From the NCBI GenBank assembly GCA_951406725.2, contig OX597819.1:26040001-26104000 (forward strand): a stretch of 64,000 bases of DNA, in the 5' to 3' direction. The notes beneath the pieces were generated by a model. The model was not told where the DNA came from. It worked only from the letters and a program-made list of their open reading frames with translations, and did no database searches. The translations under genes and the position numbers were made by a program. Source of the DNA: Octopus vulgaris. Taxonomy: Eukaryota. Shown in pieces: positions 1 through 13,800 of this stretch; positions within the stretch are counted from its first letter, which is position 1; the number at the start of each line of letters is the position of its first letter.

Positions 1-484
1 AAATGATTTTGAGATTTACTGCGGTGAGGAAATCGTACAGTGAATAAAATACTTATCCCTAAACCGATGTTTTTTTCTTTTTGTATTATTGAAATTGTCT
101 GGTGTATATTTCAGTTGGATATTATTGATGCGAGACTCACGTATCAGGAAGAATGGAGGCTTTTAACTATCGGATCGGTTACAGATTTTTAGAAGCAGCA
201 GAGGAGTGATTTTAAGAGTGTTCTACTAATTTCATATACAGATGTACACATTTCAATCGGGTTACAATTGAACTATCTTTCGAGGAATTTTTTTTTTTCG
301 TTTTTGCTTGTTTGCTTCAAATGGATTCCTTCAGATATCTATTTCTTGGGTTTCTCCCGATTCACTTTAAAGCTTTTGAGTTACACAGATGCACACACAA
401 GTACACACATACACACGCACACCTAAACAGATCCATGCCCCCCCACAAACGCACATGTATATGTATGTATGCATATATGTATAA

Positions 485-489
<5 letters not shown>

Positions 490-555
<66 letters not shown>

Positions 556-580
556 CGTGCATATATATATATATATATAC
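490..580. repeat. (TA)n microsatellite
   Basis: Direct reading; source of the YIYIYI ORFs. Confidence 0.95.
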
Positions 581-2049
581 ACACATATATTCACAATACA
601 TAACAGTGCGCAATGCATCACATGACATGACCATGGAAGCAAAGAGAAGAATTATGGATATATTCCACTGATTTCTATTATTCGTTCTCAATGGAATTTA
701 GGTTTGTAAACCCTTAGTATCGTGCTAAATACTACAAGATATCACGTTGCTATATTTTAGAGACTTTCGTAGTTTAATAGAGGAAGAAGTCCATACAGCT
801 ACATTAGCGCTATTAGCAGAATACCATGAGACTGAAGACACACTGAATTGAATGCATAGATTCCAGTTGCCGTGTGGCATCGTGAAACGCATCTCGATTG
901 TTTGAAGAGAAAGAGTGTAATTTGTTCGCAGTGTCCTTCGTCTAGTAGTTAAACAAATATGATGATATTCAAATGTATAGCGTGGCGATTACAACTGAAG
1001 GTTTATTAAAAAATTTACCCATTGGTATCACTTTGGATTTCAGTTTGTTACTACATTTAACAGTGTCCAAAATACTAATCTAAATTCTGCAACATAAAGG
1101 CCTGCCACAACACTCTTACGATTCTCCACCGAAAATCAAAAGTTGCATTCATATCTACTAAATCTTTTTCTTTTCTTTTCTTTTTTTTTTTTTTTGAGAT
1201 AACAATATGTTGAATATAACGCAATTTTCAAAATATGAAAGATATATAAATATGTTACGCAGACTTACTATGATGTATATGTATCGTGTTTTTAGGAATT
1301 TAATACGTAGATTATTACAATCATATTTACACAGGTTCATATTTTAGCATATATATTTTTAATAATTGTGTCTTGTTAATTTGCCGTGAAGTTTATTATG
1401 CCCAACAGCTAAATTGACATTACTAACATTTGCCAGAACACATCTCAACAGCCATAAAAATGAATTGTTTCATTTGATGTGAGGAATCTAATTAGTTCTA
1501 TTTCTAAATTAGTCACATTATTCGTTCGTTTATTACCTCTAGCACTGTGGGAACATTAAATGTCTTTCCTTGTACACATTTCAGTTGATTATTTCTTTTC
1601 TGATAGTAAGCACGTTTTCCGAAATACAACACAAGTTCGCACTGCTTCGTAGCGGATAGATTTCCTGGTGAAGATGGCGTTCATGCAATAAAATCAAGTG
1701 TTTAGTTACCAATGTTGGCGCTTTGTCAACTAACTAATCAGAGTTTTAAGATTTCGTCCATTTTGCCAGTAAAGGTATAGATGGTATACTCTAGTGCACG
1801 TTTACATACATGCATATTCATGCGCTACCCAACATATAAATTTGATTATATTGGTTACAATACATGTGAAAGCAGTCTGCGGTAAGGGTTTTAGCTTTAA
1901 AATCTTCTAGTAAAAGACAGGTGAAAAAAAAAATAAAACAAGTGCTACAAGTAGGGGAATTCCAGATTTTTGACATTCTAGTATGGGAATAGCGGTCATA
2001 ATAGTTCGTGCAGAGTCTGTGAGTATAGTCAGAGTAAGGCGGTGATAAG

Positions 2050-2415
2050 TGAAGCTTACCTCCGACATTTACAGCAATGCTTGGAAGGAAAATGTGTAGC
2101 GTGTGAACTTCGTATTTACCATGACAGATTTTGACCATGTATTGACTATGGCAATACTTGCTCATAGGCCGGTGCAAGGTTGAAGAAAGAATGTGGAGAG
2201 GAGTGTATGAGCCGTGCACAAGTGTTCAGGTGTTTCCAAGAAGGCTAATATTGAAGAACGTTCTAGGAGACGCGCATCCAGCAGAACTGAGTAAAACATG
2301 ACATATGTGTGTGCAGCTGTCAAGGGAAATCGTCAAATCACCATTCGTGTGTTATCAGAGGATGTGCAGATTAATTACGGTTCAGTTCACTCCGTTACCA
2401 CAGAAGATTTGGGTT
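2050..2415 (+). mobile_element. Mariner-type transposon 5' fragment (HTH region, decayed)
   Basis: Translation LKKECGEECMSRAQVFRCFQEG...RTE*N..VCAAVKGNRQITIRVLSEDVQINYGSVHSVTTEDLG matches the mariner N-terminal double HTH; stops and frameshifts. Confidence 0.8.
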
Positions 2416-2459
2416 TCAATTGCACAAGATCCACTTTAGCTTATTGAAAAGAATGAACA

Positions 2460-2766
2460 CTTTTTGAAAACTTAGCGTAGGTCTCTGAACATGTATCGCC
2501 AAGCTTTTTGACAAAATCTCATGTAGATTCTCCCCTCAACTTCCTCTGTTATGGTTAATGCGACGATCGCACTATACACACCTTCCTGCCAAGCACTGCT
2601 GTAAACATTACAAACTTAGTGCGCATGCACAGCAGAGTTCAATTTCAATCTCTAGAAAGTGTATTTACTCTGCGTGCTTTAGCGTCGTTACTATGGCAAC
2701 AGTCCGGATACTTATATGTATCCGGATACTATGGAAACAGTCTGGATACTTCATATACCACGTATA
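2460..2766 (-). mobile_element. Second 5' fragment of the same mariner family, opposite orientation, with its terminus
   Basis: 2545-2606 is the reverse complement of 2067-2128; minus translation TEEVEGRIYMRFCQKLGDTCSETYAK; end reads TA-CGTGG..AAGTATCC(A/G)GACTG. Confidence 0.75.
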
Positions 2767-3493
2767 TGAATCAATATCTCGATAAAGTAAGTTGCAGGAA
2801 GAAGAAGAAGTTTTGACAGTATTATTAATAAATATTTCATACTTGGTAAAACTAATTGTTATAGAAATATAAAGAAATAGTTGCAAAGTTCTTTTTTGCA
2901 TTTGTTACAACTTAATTGATAGACATTGAATTGTTAGTGAACAGAAATTTCAGCAGCTTAAGTGAGAATATTGAAGCAAAAACAAATAAATATACATGAA
3001 CGATCCGAAAACTTTTTTACGATAAATATTTAAAGAACATGGAAATTGTATTCAGACATTTCGTAAAAGTCTTAACCATTTTTTGAATGAGAGATCAAAT
3101 ACGGCGTAGACGGAACCATTTCATTACATCAACTAAAGTGTTTTCGACCGATGCTTTCTCTATCTAAAATGATAGTGCAAAAAAAAAAATTGTTTTAATG
3201 CTTTTAGTTATTGTAATAAGACATCAAGTGAAAATCTTTCGTGAAGAAATGAAGTTTGTTTTCATTTTAAAAGAACAAAAAGAAAGACTGGTCAATATCG
3301 TTACAATTGATTCGCAGCTGGCCAAATCGAGAGAGTGTAAATTTCATTTTGTTTCGATTATAAAATATTCCTGTATCCGTGAAAGCGGAAATACAACGAA
3401 ACTATCATTGTCCTACTGTCCAGTTGATTTAACATATAAATGAGGAATGTGTCGACTTCTATTACGAAGTTTGTTTATTTTTGAAATGATATA

Positions 3494-3676
3494 GGCGTAG
3501 GAGTGGCTGAGTAGTAAGTAGCTTGATTACGAACCACATGGTTCCGGGTTCAGTCCCCCTACGTAGCGCCTTGGGGAAATGCCTTCTTCTATAGCCTCGG
3601 GCCGACCAAAGACTTATGAGTGGATTTGGTAAACGGAAACTGAAGGAAACCCGTCGTATATATATATATATATATA

Positions 3677-3717
<41 letters not shown>

Positions 3718-3932
3718 GTGTGTGTGTGTATGTTTGTATGTCTGTGTTTGTTCCCCCCCCATCTCGCTTGACAACTGATGCTGGTGTGTTCACGCTCCCG
3801 TAACTTAGCGGTTCGGCAAAATAGAACGATAGAATAAGTACTAGGCTTCTTCCAAAAAATAAGTCCTGGGGTCGATTTGCTCGACTAAAGGCGGTGCTCC
3901 AGAATGACCGCAGTCAAATGATTGAAACAAAC
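3494..3932 (+). mobile_element. tRNA-derived SINE, family A
   Basis: Head with A-box-like TGGCTGAGTAG and B-box-like GGTTCAGTCCC, core GAGTGGATTTGGTA.ACGGAAACTGAA, internal (TA)/(TG) run, tail CCGCAGTCAAATGA.TGAAAC; four more copies in window. Confidence 0.9.
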
Positions 3933-4319
3933 AATTAATAGTGTAAAAGAGAATATGTGTATGAAGAACCGTGATTTTTTTTTTCTTTTTTGTTTCAGTT
4001 GTGGTTGTGATCAGCAAAAAATAACTTCCTCCATTAAAAGTTACTCTACTTACTAACTATTAATGCCCCTCAACATGATTTTCTCCCAGATTCCCTTCCT
4101 CTATTTTTTCACAAAGCTCCTTTCCTGTACCTCAGATACATCTCGCCACCGAATGCGCAAATACTAACCTTCTATCATTTTCTTTCATTCTCAACTGTGT
4201 CCGAACGTCTGTGCTCCATAATTGAGATGTCCTTCCTGTCCTTGAAGAAGAATTCCTTAAGAAAGACCGATCGCAAAGACGTACATAATTAAGCAGAGAA
4301 AAGAACATACATTCATGCA

Positions 4320-4775
<456 letters not shown>

Positions 4776-4799
4776 GCGAAATATGCATGTTCTATCTTG

Positions 4800-5030
4800 A
4801 AGAAATCAACCCGTGGCAACGTTGAGCAACATCTGCCCTCAGATCATCAGCAGCTGCATGAAACCCACCACCTCAAACAACATACACCTCTGCATTGCAT
4901 CTGCCTTTGATGGCATCAGACGGGAAGTGACCTGTCAATCCGAAGCTACAAAGGTTATTAATGATGATCAACACCTCCTACATGCATGCCAACACCTGTC
5001 TTAATGACAGGCCATGAAGCTTTCTCGGCC
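4800..5030 (+). mobile_element. LINE fragment, Ingi/Vingi-like post-RT region
   Basis: ORF 4813-5004 QIISSCMKPTTSNNIHLCIASAFDGIRREVTCQSEATKVINDDQHLLH resembles the motif RIITGCLKPT...L..IAPP.IRR......E..K...D..H.L. Confidence 0.55.
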
Positions 5031-5592
5031 ATGTTTGGCTCTTAACAACATGTCGAGGAGGAAGCTCTCCAGCTCCGGATTGAAAACTTGCGAATTACTC
5101 TTTTCCTAGTGATACGTGAATTATCCGCGTGGAAACCTCATTCATAGATCAGAACTACTAAGGATTCAGTGGATATGAAGTAGACGAGAAATTTCTTTTG
5201 AGCAGTAACCTTATTTTGCTGCATACCGAGGCGAAATCTGTCGTAAATATCTTGAGTTCGTTTTCAAAGTCAGAATCACACAGGTTTTGCTATGTTCCTT
5301 CTTTTCCTTTGAGAGTTTGAGGTGCACTTGCATTTCTGAAAGGGTCTTCTTTAAAATTGGATTCCATGTTGTCTTTTTGTTGTTTATTGACGTCATTTGA
5401 AATATTTATTTTTGATATCAAAAAATTTCGTGCATCAAGGAATACAGTTTATTTCTGCACTGTTTTTTCTCTCTCTGACGAATTTAATGTATATGTCGCG
5501 CATTGTATAAAGGCATTCTTTCATGCCATTTCTCCCATTCAGACATCTTCGGCTATATCTAACGGTGTATATATGCGTGTGTTTGTATATAT

Positions 5593-5639
<47 letters not shown>

Positions 5640-6429
5640 CATACACACACATATATATGATTTATGCATATCGAAATATATATAATTGTAGCTATCTTTC
5701 TCTTTTTCTCTCCTCTGTATACATACATATATATATGTATATATACATATATACACATATATACATATATATATATATATACATATATGATCACATATAT
5801 GTAGATGCACATTCATTTATACAGAACATATGTAATATATGACAAAATGTATAAGTAGCAGCATGTGTGCGTGTGTGTGAGTGTGTGTGTGTGAGTGTGT
5901 ATGTGTGCATTTATGTGTGCGTGTGTGTGTGTGTGTGTGTGTATACGTTTGTATTTACGTGTACATGGACACTTTACCGAATAAACAAATGTATCTTCGA
6001 ATGCTTCACTGTGAGAATATAAATACGTGATATTCATTCCTGACAACGCTCATCAAAGCTTCTATTTTTCGGTGATCTTCAGTAAACATTAAAATTCTGC
6101 AATAGTCTTCTGTGAACGACATTCTTATTACGTATGTCACGAATGTCATTCGAGCTATTCATATATTGAAAAGTATTCTGAATTTTAACGGAATTCATCT
6201 AAATGAAAAAAAAAAAAGATATATAAATTGTAAAGGCACGTAAATTTGGAAAACATTCAGAAGACAGAACAAAATATTGGAAAATGTGAAATATAAAAGT
6301 TATTATTGAGAAAGATTCCATTACAATGAACTGCGTGAAGCATGTAAACTAAACAAAGTATTCATTTCAAATTACGATGTGACGAAAACACATGCGCAAG
6401 ATTAAAAGTTAGGGAACTAACACAGATCA

Positions 6430-6651
<222 letters not shown>

Positions 6652-6669
6652 ACTGTACAATAATATTTG

Positions 6670-7061
6670 TTTGCCAACGCAATGTGGCAGTCCTACATAG
6701 GACGTTGTTACTAATGTTTACCCCCTGGAAAACATATTTTTCCAACTGGCTACTGACAAGAGATGTGTGTCCGTATACCGTGGGCAAGGGAGTCTAGTGC
6801 TCCTTTTCTAGCCGTAGCGATACCTATAGACCAATTGTTTCTGGGTTGTTCTCTTCGTCGGTACAGGACAGCCGCTGGCTAGAGATAGCAATTCCTGATC
6901 CCATAAAGAAAGAAACAGTTAGTTTTCAATCCTTGAGCGAGAAACATGTAGTTGCAGTACTTTAGGGTAGAGTCTATTTGCCAACGCAAAGTAGCATTCC
7001 TACCTTGAACGATGTTACTACTTTTTAACCCCAGGAAATCCTCTTTTCCAGTTGGCTACTG
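6670..7061 (-). mobile_element. Partial tandem repeat (307 bp period) with a hammerhead-like motif; Penelope pLTR or retrozyme-like
   Basis: Direct repeats 6670-6755 and 6977-7061; minus 6823-6867 reads cctgta-CCGACGA-agagaacaaccca-GAAAC-AATT-G-GTC-tatagg. Confidence 0.55.
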
Positions 7062-7066
7062 GCGCA

Positions 7067-7117
<51 letters not shown>

Positions 7118-7300
7118 AACAATTTATAAACAAAGGCATCAGAAATTGACGAAATCTGTCATCAGCATATTGGCATAGAATTAATTTTTCTTTAGCTCTT
7201 GTTTATAAGTTGTTTATAATTTTAACCTTTATATGTATTTTAGTATGCTGCCACATTTGATGAAATTTTTTTCTGAAATAAATTTTAACCTATATCAGTA

Positions 7301-7343
<43 letters not shown>

Positions 7344-8513
7344 TATAGATATACACATATATATATACATATATATACATATCTATATATACACATACAC
7401 ATACACGCGCACACACCCCACACACACATATGTATATATATATATGTACGTATATATACACATATATCTAGAGGCAATTTGAATAGAGAATCATAAGAAA
7501 TGAAAAACATTAAATCTGTGGAAAAGGACTCCATACCGTGGGCATGAAAATGCAACGTAATATTGGAAAATTATAAAACATGAATTTACATTTTGTTATT
7601 TTCAAGGCTGTAATGAAGAGTAAATTTGGGACTCTTGTATCACGTTCAACATATCTGGGATTTCTATAAATTACAATTTATGCATAAAACGGAATATTCG
7701 CTGCAACGGGCTTTCTATAAAGAGAAATGATACTGTATTCAAACATACAAGCGTGACAAAGAGAAGTATGCTTGTTAGTCACATATGAAGGCTGTACGCA
7801 AGCAAGCCATTGTAAATCCAACTTATATTCTTATACAGAAGAATTCTGCCACCTTATATAAATCAAACAATTGATACTTGAAGGAAAAATGTTTCCTTTA
7901 CATGTGTACTAAGTATCGAAATTTGTAGAACTAACAATGACGGTTACAAAAGTCTGAGTAAATTTGCTTTGCTGAAAATCTTATTGTAACTGGCTGCTAA
8001 TAAACTTCTCAACACGAAATTATATACTCTACAATTTTTGCGAGACACTGACTTCATTTAATGTTACAAATCATTAGTCTTTTAGCAAGGGGATGGAGTG
8101 AAAAGAACGGTTTTGAACAGAAAATCCAAATATATTGTAAACAAAACAAAATTTCGTAAGAGGTAAATGAAGAATATAATTTTTAAGCAACTACAAAGGC
8201 AACAATTGGTTTTGAAATTTCAGCAACGTTCGATGTATCATACCATATATATATATATATATATGTATGTATGTGTGTGTGTGTGTGTGATTGTGTGTGT
8301 GTGTGTGTACGCATGTAGGCATGCATTTATGTATCTATGCATGTATATATACGTATATATGTAGACACACAAGCATGCTATTGCGTGCACGCACACACCT
8401 GACTCATGTATATGCTAGTGAATCCATGAGCTTTGCGTAACTAACAAGCTATTCCAAGTTATGTAAGTCGTTGAAAATCAAATGTTTAATGATGCTATTG
8501 TTCATACAGAAAG

Positions 8514-8578
<65 letters not shown>

Positions 8579-8590
8579 CAATAATAATAA
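8514..8590. repeat. (TAA)n microsatellite
   Basis: Direct reading. Confidence 0.95.
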
Positions 8591-9760
8591 ACAATTCCTA
8601 TCATAGTAGGTGCATTAGGCATGATAAAAAACTCTGAGGACTGGATGTTAAAACATGCCTCAAAACATGTAGACAAGAAAGCATCATACTCACTAACAAA
8701 ACAGGCAAATGAATATCTAAGTGAATTCCGAATACAACAAATTTCGGAATTAGATATAACAGAAACATTCGCAGAAAAAGCTAAGCGCATGAAAACCCGT
8801 GCTAAAACTGCTGCCTTAGATATTCTGATTGACAAATGGCCAAAAAAAAAACCTCTCAATGGCAAATACCCAAAGAGAGCGAATAATGCCGATGTTGACA
8901 AAACCCTGATCCATCAATGGCTAATGGCCTCTGGCTTAAAATCTGAAACAGAAGGGTTTATCATAGCAGCTCAAGATCAATGCCTGCGTACAAGGAACTG
9001 CCAGGCCAACATCTTAATGAACGGCAGTAACCCAACATGTCTTGTATGTCAACAACAAAATGAAACCAAGTGCAGTCTTCTTGCACCTGCACAGTATCTC
9101 AACAGGCATGATAGATCTGGGTAATTTGCAAAATCCTGGATTTGCCACATGATAAAAACCAGTGGGAACGCAAACCACCTCCAGTGCTTGAAAATGATCA
9201 CATATCATTCCTCTGGAACTTCGCCATTCAAACTGATAGAAAGATAGATGCGAATAGGGCAGGCATCATATTGAAAGACTTCAGACAAAAATCATGCCTC
9301 CTCATTGATATGACTGTCCCAATCGATATAGACGTATAAGTCAAGACCTACCAAAAAGTGAGCAAATATAAAGATCTTGAAATAGAAATTAGCAAAATGT
9401 GGAACCTGAAGACTAAAACAATACCTCTTGTTATAGGTGTCCTGGGAATGATAGCAAAAGGGGCTGATTGCTACCTAGCTCAGATACCAGGAAACCAAAA
9501 GATGGCAGAAATTCAAAATATAGTGCTCATGGGAACTGCTTATACCCTACGAAAAATACTATCTATGTAGTCTCAAGTTTTAAGACAAACATAATTTTCT
9601 TATGGTTTCTTAAACATTCACTAGTACAACACTAAGTACAAAACCAAATATATGGCACCCTACACATAACACCAACATGAACCTTCAATTTGTTGTCTCT
9701 TGAGGTCTCTGGGTGAGACTTGGAGCCAACTTGTATAAATCTAAGGCAAACGTCAAACAT
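8591..9760 (+). mobile_element. 5'-truncated R4/Dong-clade non-LTR retrotransposon (zinc knuckle, REL endonuclease, 3'UTR)
   Basis: ORFs 8621-9124, 9142-9339, 9358-9570: GLKSETEGFIIAAQDQ, C..C...C knuckle, YLNRHD, NR(PD)IIL..IDMTVP.D, KYKDL, IPLVIG.LG; (TAA)n on both sides. Confidence 0.9.
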
Positions 9761-9954
9761 ATAATAATAATAATGCTATTCGTCCAACTGATGATAATAA
9801 TGATGTAAACTAATATTATACTAAAAAGCATTAGCTTTCTCTTAATTTGGTTTCGGAAGTTGATTTTTTCATCCTTCTGTATATTCAATATAACTCAATA
9901 TAACATGTATGTGTGTGCGTTTAAGTGTGTAAATGTGCGTCTGTTTGGATAAGC

Positions 9955-10014
9955 ACACACTCACACTCACACACACACACACACACACATCATGGATGTG
10001 TGTGTATGTATGTA

Positions 10015-10060
<46 letters not shown>

Positions 10061-10066
10061 CATACA

Positions 10067-10113
<47 letters not shown>

Positions 10114-10131
10114 CATACATACACACATACT

Positions 10132-10200
<69 letters not shown>
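9955..10200. repeat. (CA)n/(TA)n microsatellite block
   Basis: Direct reading. Confidence 0.95.
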
Positions 10201-10204
<4 letters not shown>

Positions 10205-11181
10205 CATCTAATTTGCTATTAGTATCAATGATTTGCAGTTTGTTAGATGTAATAGAGTCGATTACTTTTATTCACATTTCCGTTCTTGACGTCTGTTATG
10301 AATTAGATTTTCAATTCTAATATTTATCTGTCTAACTACACACACAGACACACACACACACAGACACACACTCATACACACATACACACATACATACACA
10401 CACACGTACATACATACGCATAGACGCGCACGAACGCACCCACAAACACACGTATCAGTATACATGTGTATGTATATTTATGTATGAATATAAACATGTG
10501 TGAGCGTATGCGTGTTTGTGTGTGTGTATGTGTGTGTGGTGTGTGCGTGCGCGCGTGTGATTTTTAGATATTATATAGAAATAGGCCATATTGACAGTAT
10601 TGTGACTTTCTGTCTCTGAATTATTCTTGCGTCTTTATTTGATCATACGATCTAGAATTAGTTTCCAAATATTTTGCTTATTTGTCCTGTGGCGTTAGTT
10701 TTGTATTATAGATCGTTATGAATATATAAAATGCAGCTATTCTCTTAATGACTGTCTGTATAATTTAAGGAAATTTTTCCCATCACGATTCGTCTGACCT
10801 GCCAGTTTGTATCATTATTTCTCTCACTGAATAAATAACTTTCCTCGATGGAAAGTAATTATTATTATGTAAGATATTGTCATTGTTAATAATATGGTTA
10901 ACGTAAGAAATTACGTCTATTCACGAAGCCTAGAGGACTACTCAATTTTGCAAAGTATACAATTGTGGTAAAAAATGGAATATTGCCATGGCAGTTTGAT
11001 GAAGTCACTTTGCTCGAATCAAGATTTCTAGTTTATTCTCGTTGTGAATATTGTTTGATTTCTACGCTTCACCATTGTATCTGCTTTCCAGATGCATCGT
11101 GAATGTCATGATAACCGGAATCTCTTAAGAATGTGTGTGTGTGTGTGTGTGTGTTTGTATATACATGAATATATATACATA

Positions 11182-12760
11182 CACAAACTGTGTATCACGC
11201 TTTACTTCAGGTCAAATTTTTTTATTGATATTTAAAGTATAAAACATTGTACAAGCTTGAAACATGCTCCACTGAAACAACCTAGGTCAGTACGTACGCA
11301 GTGAACATTTCAATAGTATTGATAAGCTGCATACAAAGTTATGTTGAGTTCTGCATTTTGGGCTACTTTCAACTGTATCGCACTTTATTGCATGCGTACG
11401 AAAATATCAATTTAAGGCAATAAAACAAAGTATTATCGTAATATTACCATTTTATTGTTATAATAAAACAACCTAACGAAGATTAGAAGCAAAAGATATG
11501 AAACAATCACAATTAAAATGTTGGTACTCTATTTTATTTGTCAAAGAGTCTTTTGTTCACAGAAGCTGTTAACTGGCTAATGTGAGAATATGTTTTGGCA
11601 CCAGCGACAGTTTTGATCTTTTCCCACAGGGCATCCTTCGATAAAAAACAGGAAGGCCAAGTCATGAGTGATTGGCCTCTGATTCCCCAAAGTTGCGAGG
11701 CACGAAACTGAAGCCTTAGGTGAATGCGAAGGAGCATTTCAATGCATAAAAATCAATCGCCGTCGACGTGAGAGTGACATATCTACCTATGCCGCAAAAT
11801 GCTCCTCGTGAAATATGGTGTAGGAGTTGCTTGTGAGTTTGACATCTTCTGGTACTCGGAAAGACCTGACAAGTTCATTTCCTATGATTGCCGCCCAAAA
11901 CATGACACCACCACCTCCTTGTTGACGCCAAATTCAATGCGAGCAAGAGGCACCCAAACTTTGGTCTACCCGTTGGTCATCCAGAGTAGCTCTGGACTCA
12001 TCCGTGAAGGGAACATCTTGGAAATTGATCTTCATGTACTCCGTGCCCAATCAATACGTTTTTATTTGTGGTTCAAGCTTAGAATGGATCTAAAAATGCA
12101 CTTACCACTTCTGGCCGTCTATTTAAGGATCCTACACCGGGTGCTTCTGGCCAAAGGAACAACCCCATCACTTTCAAATATAGCAACACTTTTGCTACCA
12201 AGAATTTGTCTTACTTGTTTACCTAGGATGTCACGCCGGGATACATTTCTTCTAGTACCCATATCTTGCCTTGGTTTGGTGATGGGGTTTTCCACATACA
12301 CCTTCAATTTTCTTGTATCCCGACGAAGCTCTTGGGCTAATTCTCCTATAAATAAGCCTTCTGTGAGACCTGCAACAATCCTTGTCTTCTCTGAAGCTGT
12401 CAGACGTCGTTTCAGAGGCCTCTCCGCTTTAATGCTTGACACAGGCCTCTTCTCGCTTCAGACGTAGTTTCAGGGTCCTTTCTGTCTTAAAGCGTGACAC
12501 AGTTGAGAGCACTTGTCTTCTCTGTAGCTGTCAGACGTCGTTTCAATGTCCTTTCTGCCTTAAAGCGTGACACAGTTGAGAGCACTTCAAAATACATAAC
12601 TCAACATAACTTTGTATGTTGCTTATCAATACGATTGAAGTGTTCACTGCATACGCAACTACCTAGGATCTCTCAGTGGACCGAGTTTCACGTTTGCACA
12701 CTGTGTTATAATCATAATATCAACAAAAAATTGACCTGCAATAAAGCATGACACAGTTTA
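11182..12760 (-). mobile_element. Decayed Tc1-type DNA transposon with ~200 bp TIRs
   Basis: TIRs ~11182-11386 and ~12561-12760; minus peptides KRRLTASEKTRIV, K.KRIDWAR, FTDESRATLD, RQQGGGGVMFWAAI, FMH*NAPSH. Confidence 0.88.
11600..12442 (-). pseudogene. Tc1-like DDE transposase pseudogene
   Basis: ORF 12119-12442 plus broken downstream frames with FTDES and NAP.H motifs; 3' limit approximate. Confidence 0.8.
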
Positions 12761-12762
12761 TA

Positions 12763-13008
12763 TATGAGGTAGTATAAACATTTTCGAGGAGTAGTTCTGT
12801 AGCACGTTCTCAGGTGGAAGCACACACTTGCGTGCAAAATTATGGTTAGCAGTTTCTTCCACGAGGCAGTGTGCCGATTGATATTGCTGTGTTTACTTCG
12901 TAAGTTGTGAAACATGTATTTTTGTGATCACGTGTATCCTGTAGTCTGCGATTTTATCATGGACAGAAAGTTGAAACAAAGAGCCGAGGTAAAATTGTGC
13001 GTAAAAAA
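12763..13008 (+). mobile_element. Mariner 5' end fragment
   Basis: Begins TATGAGG; ATG at 12959 gives MDRKLKQRAEVKLCVK, resembling the mariner start M...EQR..IKFCVK. Confidence 0.6.
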
Positions 13009-13331
13009 AATGAAATGTCCTCATTTTGTCAACAATTTTGATTCTGCACAAAATCCGCAATTTATTTAATCTACTTTGCGGGAGCAACTGTTTTATCGTG
13101 TCATAAATTGCTTGAGATACGGATTAGATAAACAGCCGACAACTGATGAAGGGTCGTTCTCTTGTTTTCCATTTGTTTTTTTTCGTTGGTCTCAAAAAAA
13201 GTTCATATTCCATGTCATCGTACATTCGTATTTTTGTTGTTTACGTTTTGTGACGTATGTGCAGGTGTGTGTTTATTTGTATGTGAATATTTATTTCTCA
13301 TGAGAAGGTGATATATATGTGTGAGTGAAGT

Positions 13332-13446
<115 letters not shown>

Positions 13447-13494
13447 ATACACCTACCTAACTATTTACATACATACATAGATTCAGAAGTATGA

Positions 13495-13800
13495 ATCACC
13501 ACAATTTAATACGGTATTATCCATACAATTTCAAAATAAGGTGATTAAAATGTTAAAAAAAGCAGCAAGGATATCCAGAGCTAATGCAGTACGATCGTTT
13601 CAAGCAATTCCATTTAATTGAACAATCAAATCATTACATCAATTTAACTGCAGAGCAATACTCAGCTGCATAAAGACAGAATTTATTTAAATTAAAACAG
13701 ATGGACACATTAGTATAAATTTACCTAAAATCTCCAAGAAGGTTAGGTGATAGACAAAGAACATCCTGTCTTCACTTCAGCTTAGAAGCAACTAAGTTAT
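13495..13800 (-). mobile_element. Short dispersed repeat with a hammerhead-like motif (Penelope-terminus-like)
   Basis: Homologous to 23285-23480, 62795-62996, 63204-63358 and 63880-63985; motif at 13584-13671. Confidence 0.65.

Noticed and set aside
11799-12467. Longest ORF (222 aa, + strand)
   Set aside because: Antisense shadow of the Tc1 transposase pseudogene
13143-13165. CTGATGAAGGG half-motif (also a GAAA-side half at 7150-7170)
   Set aside because: Partner half of the core is missing
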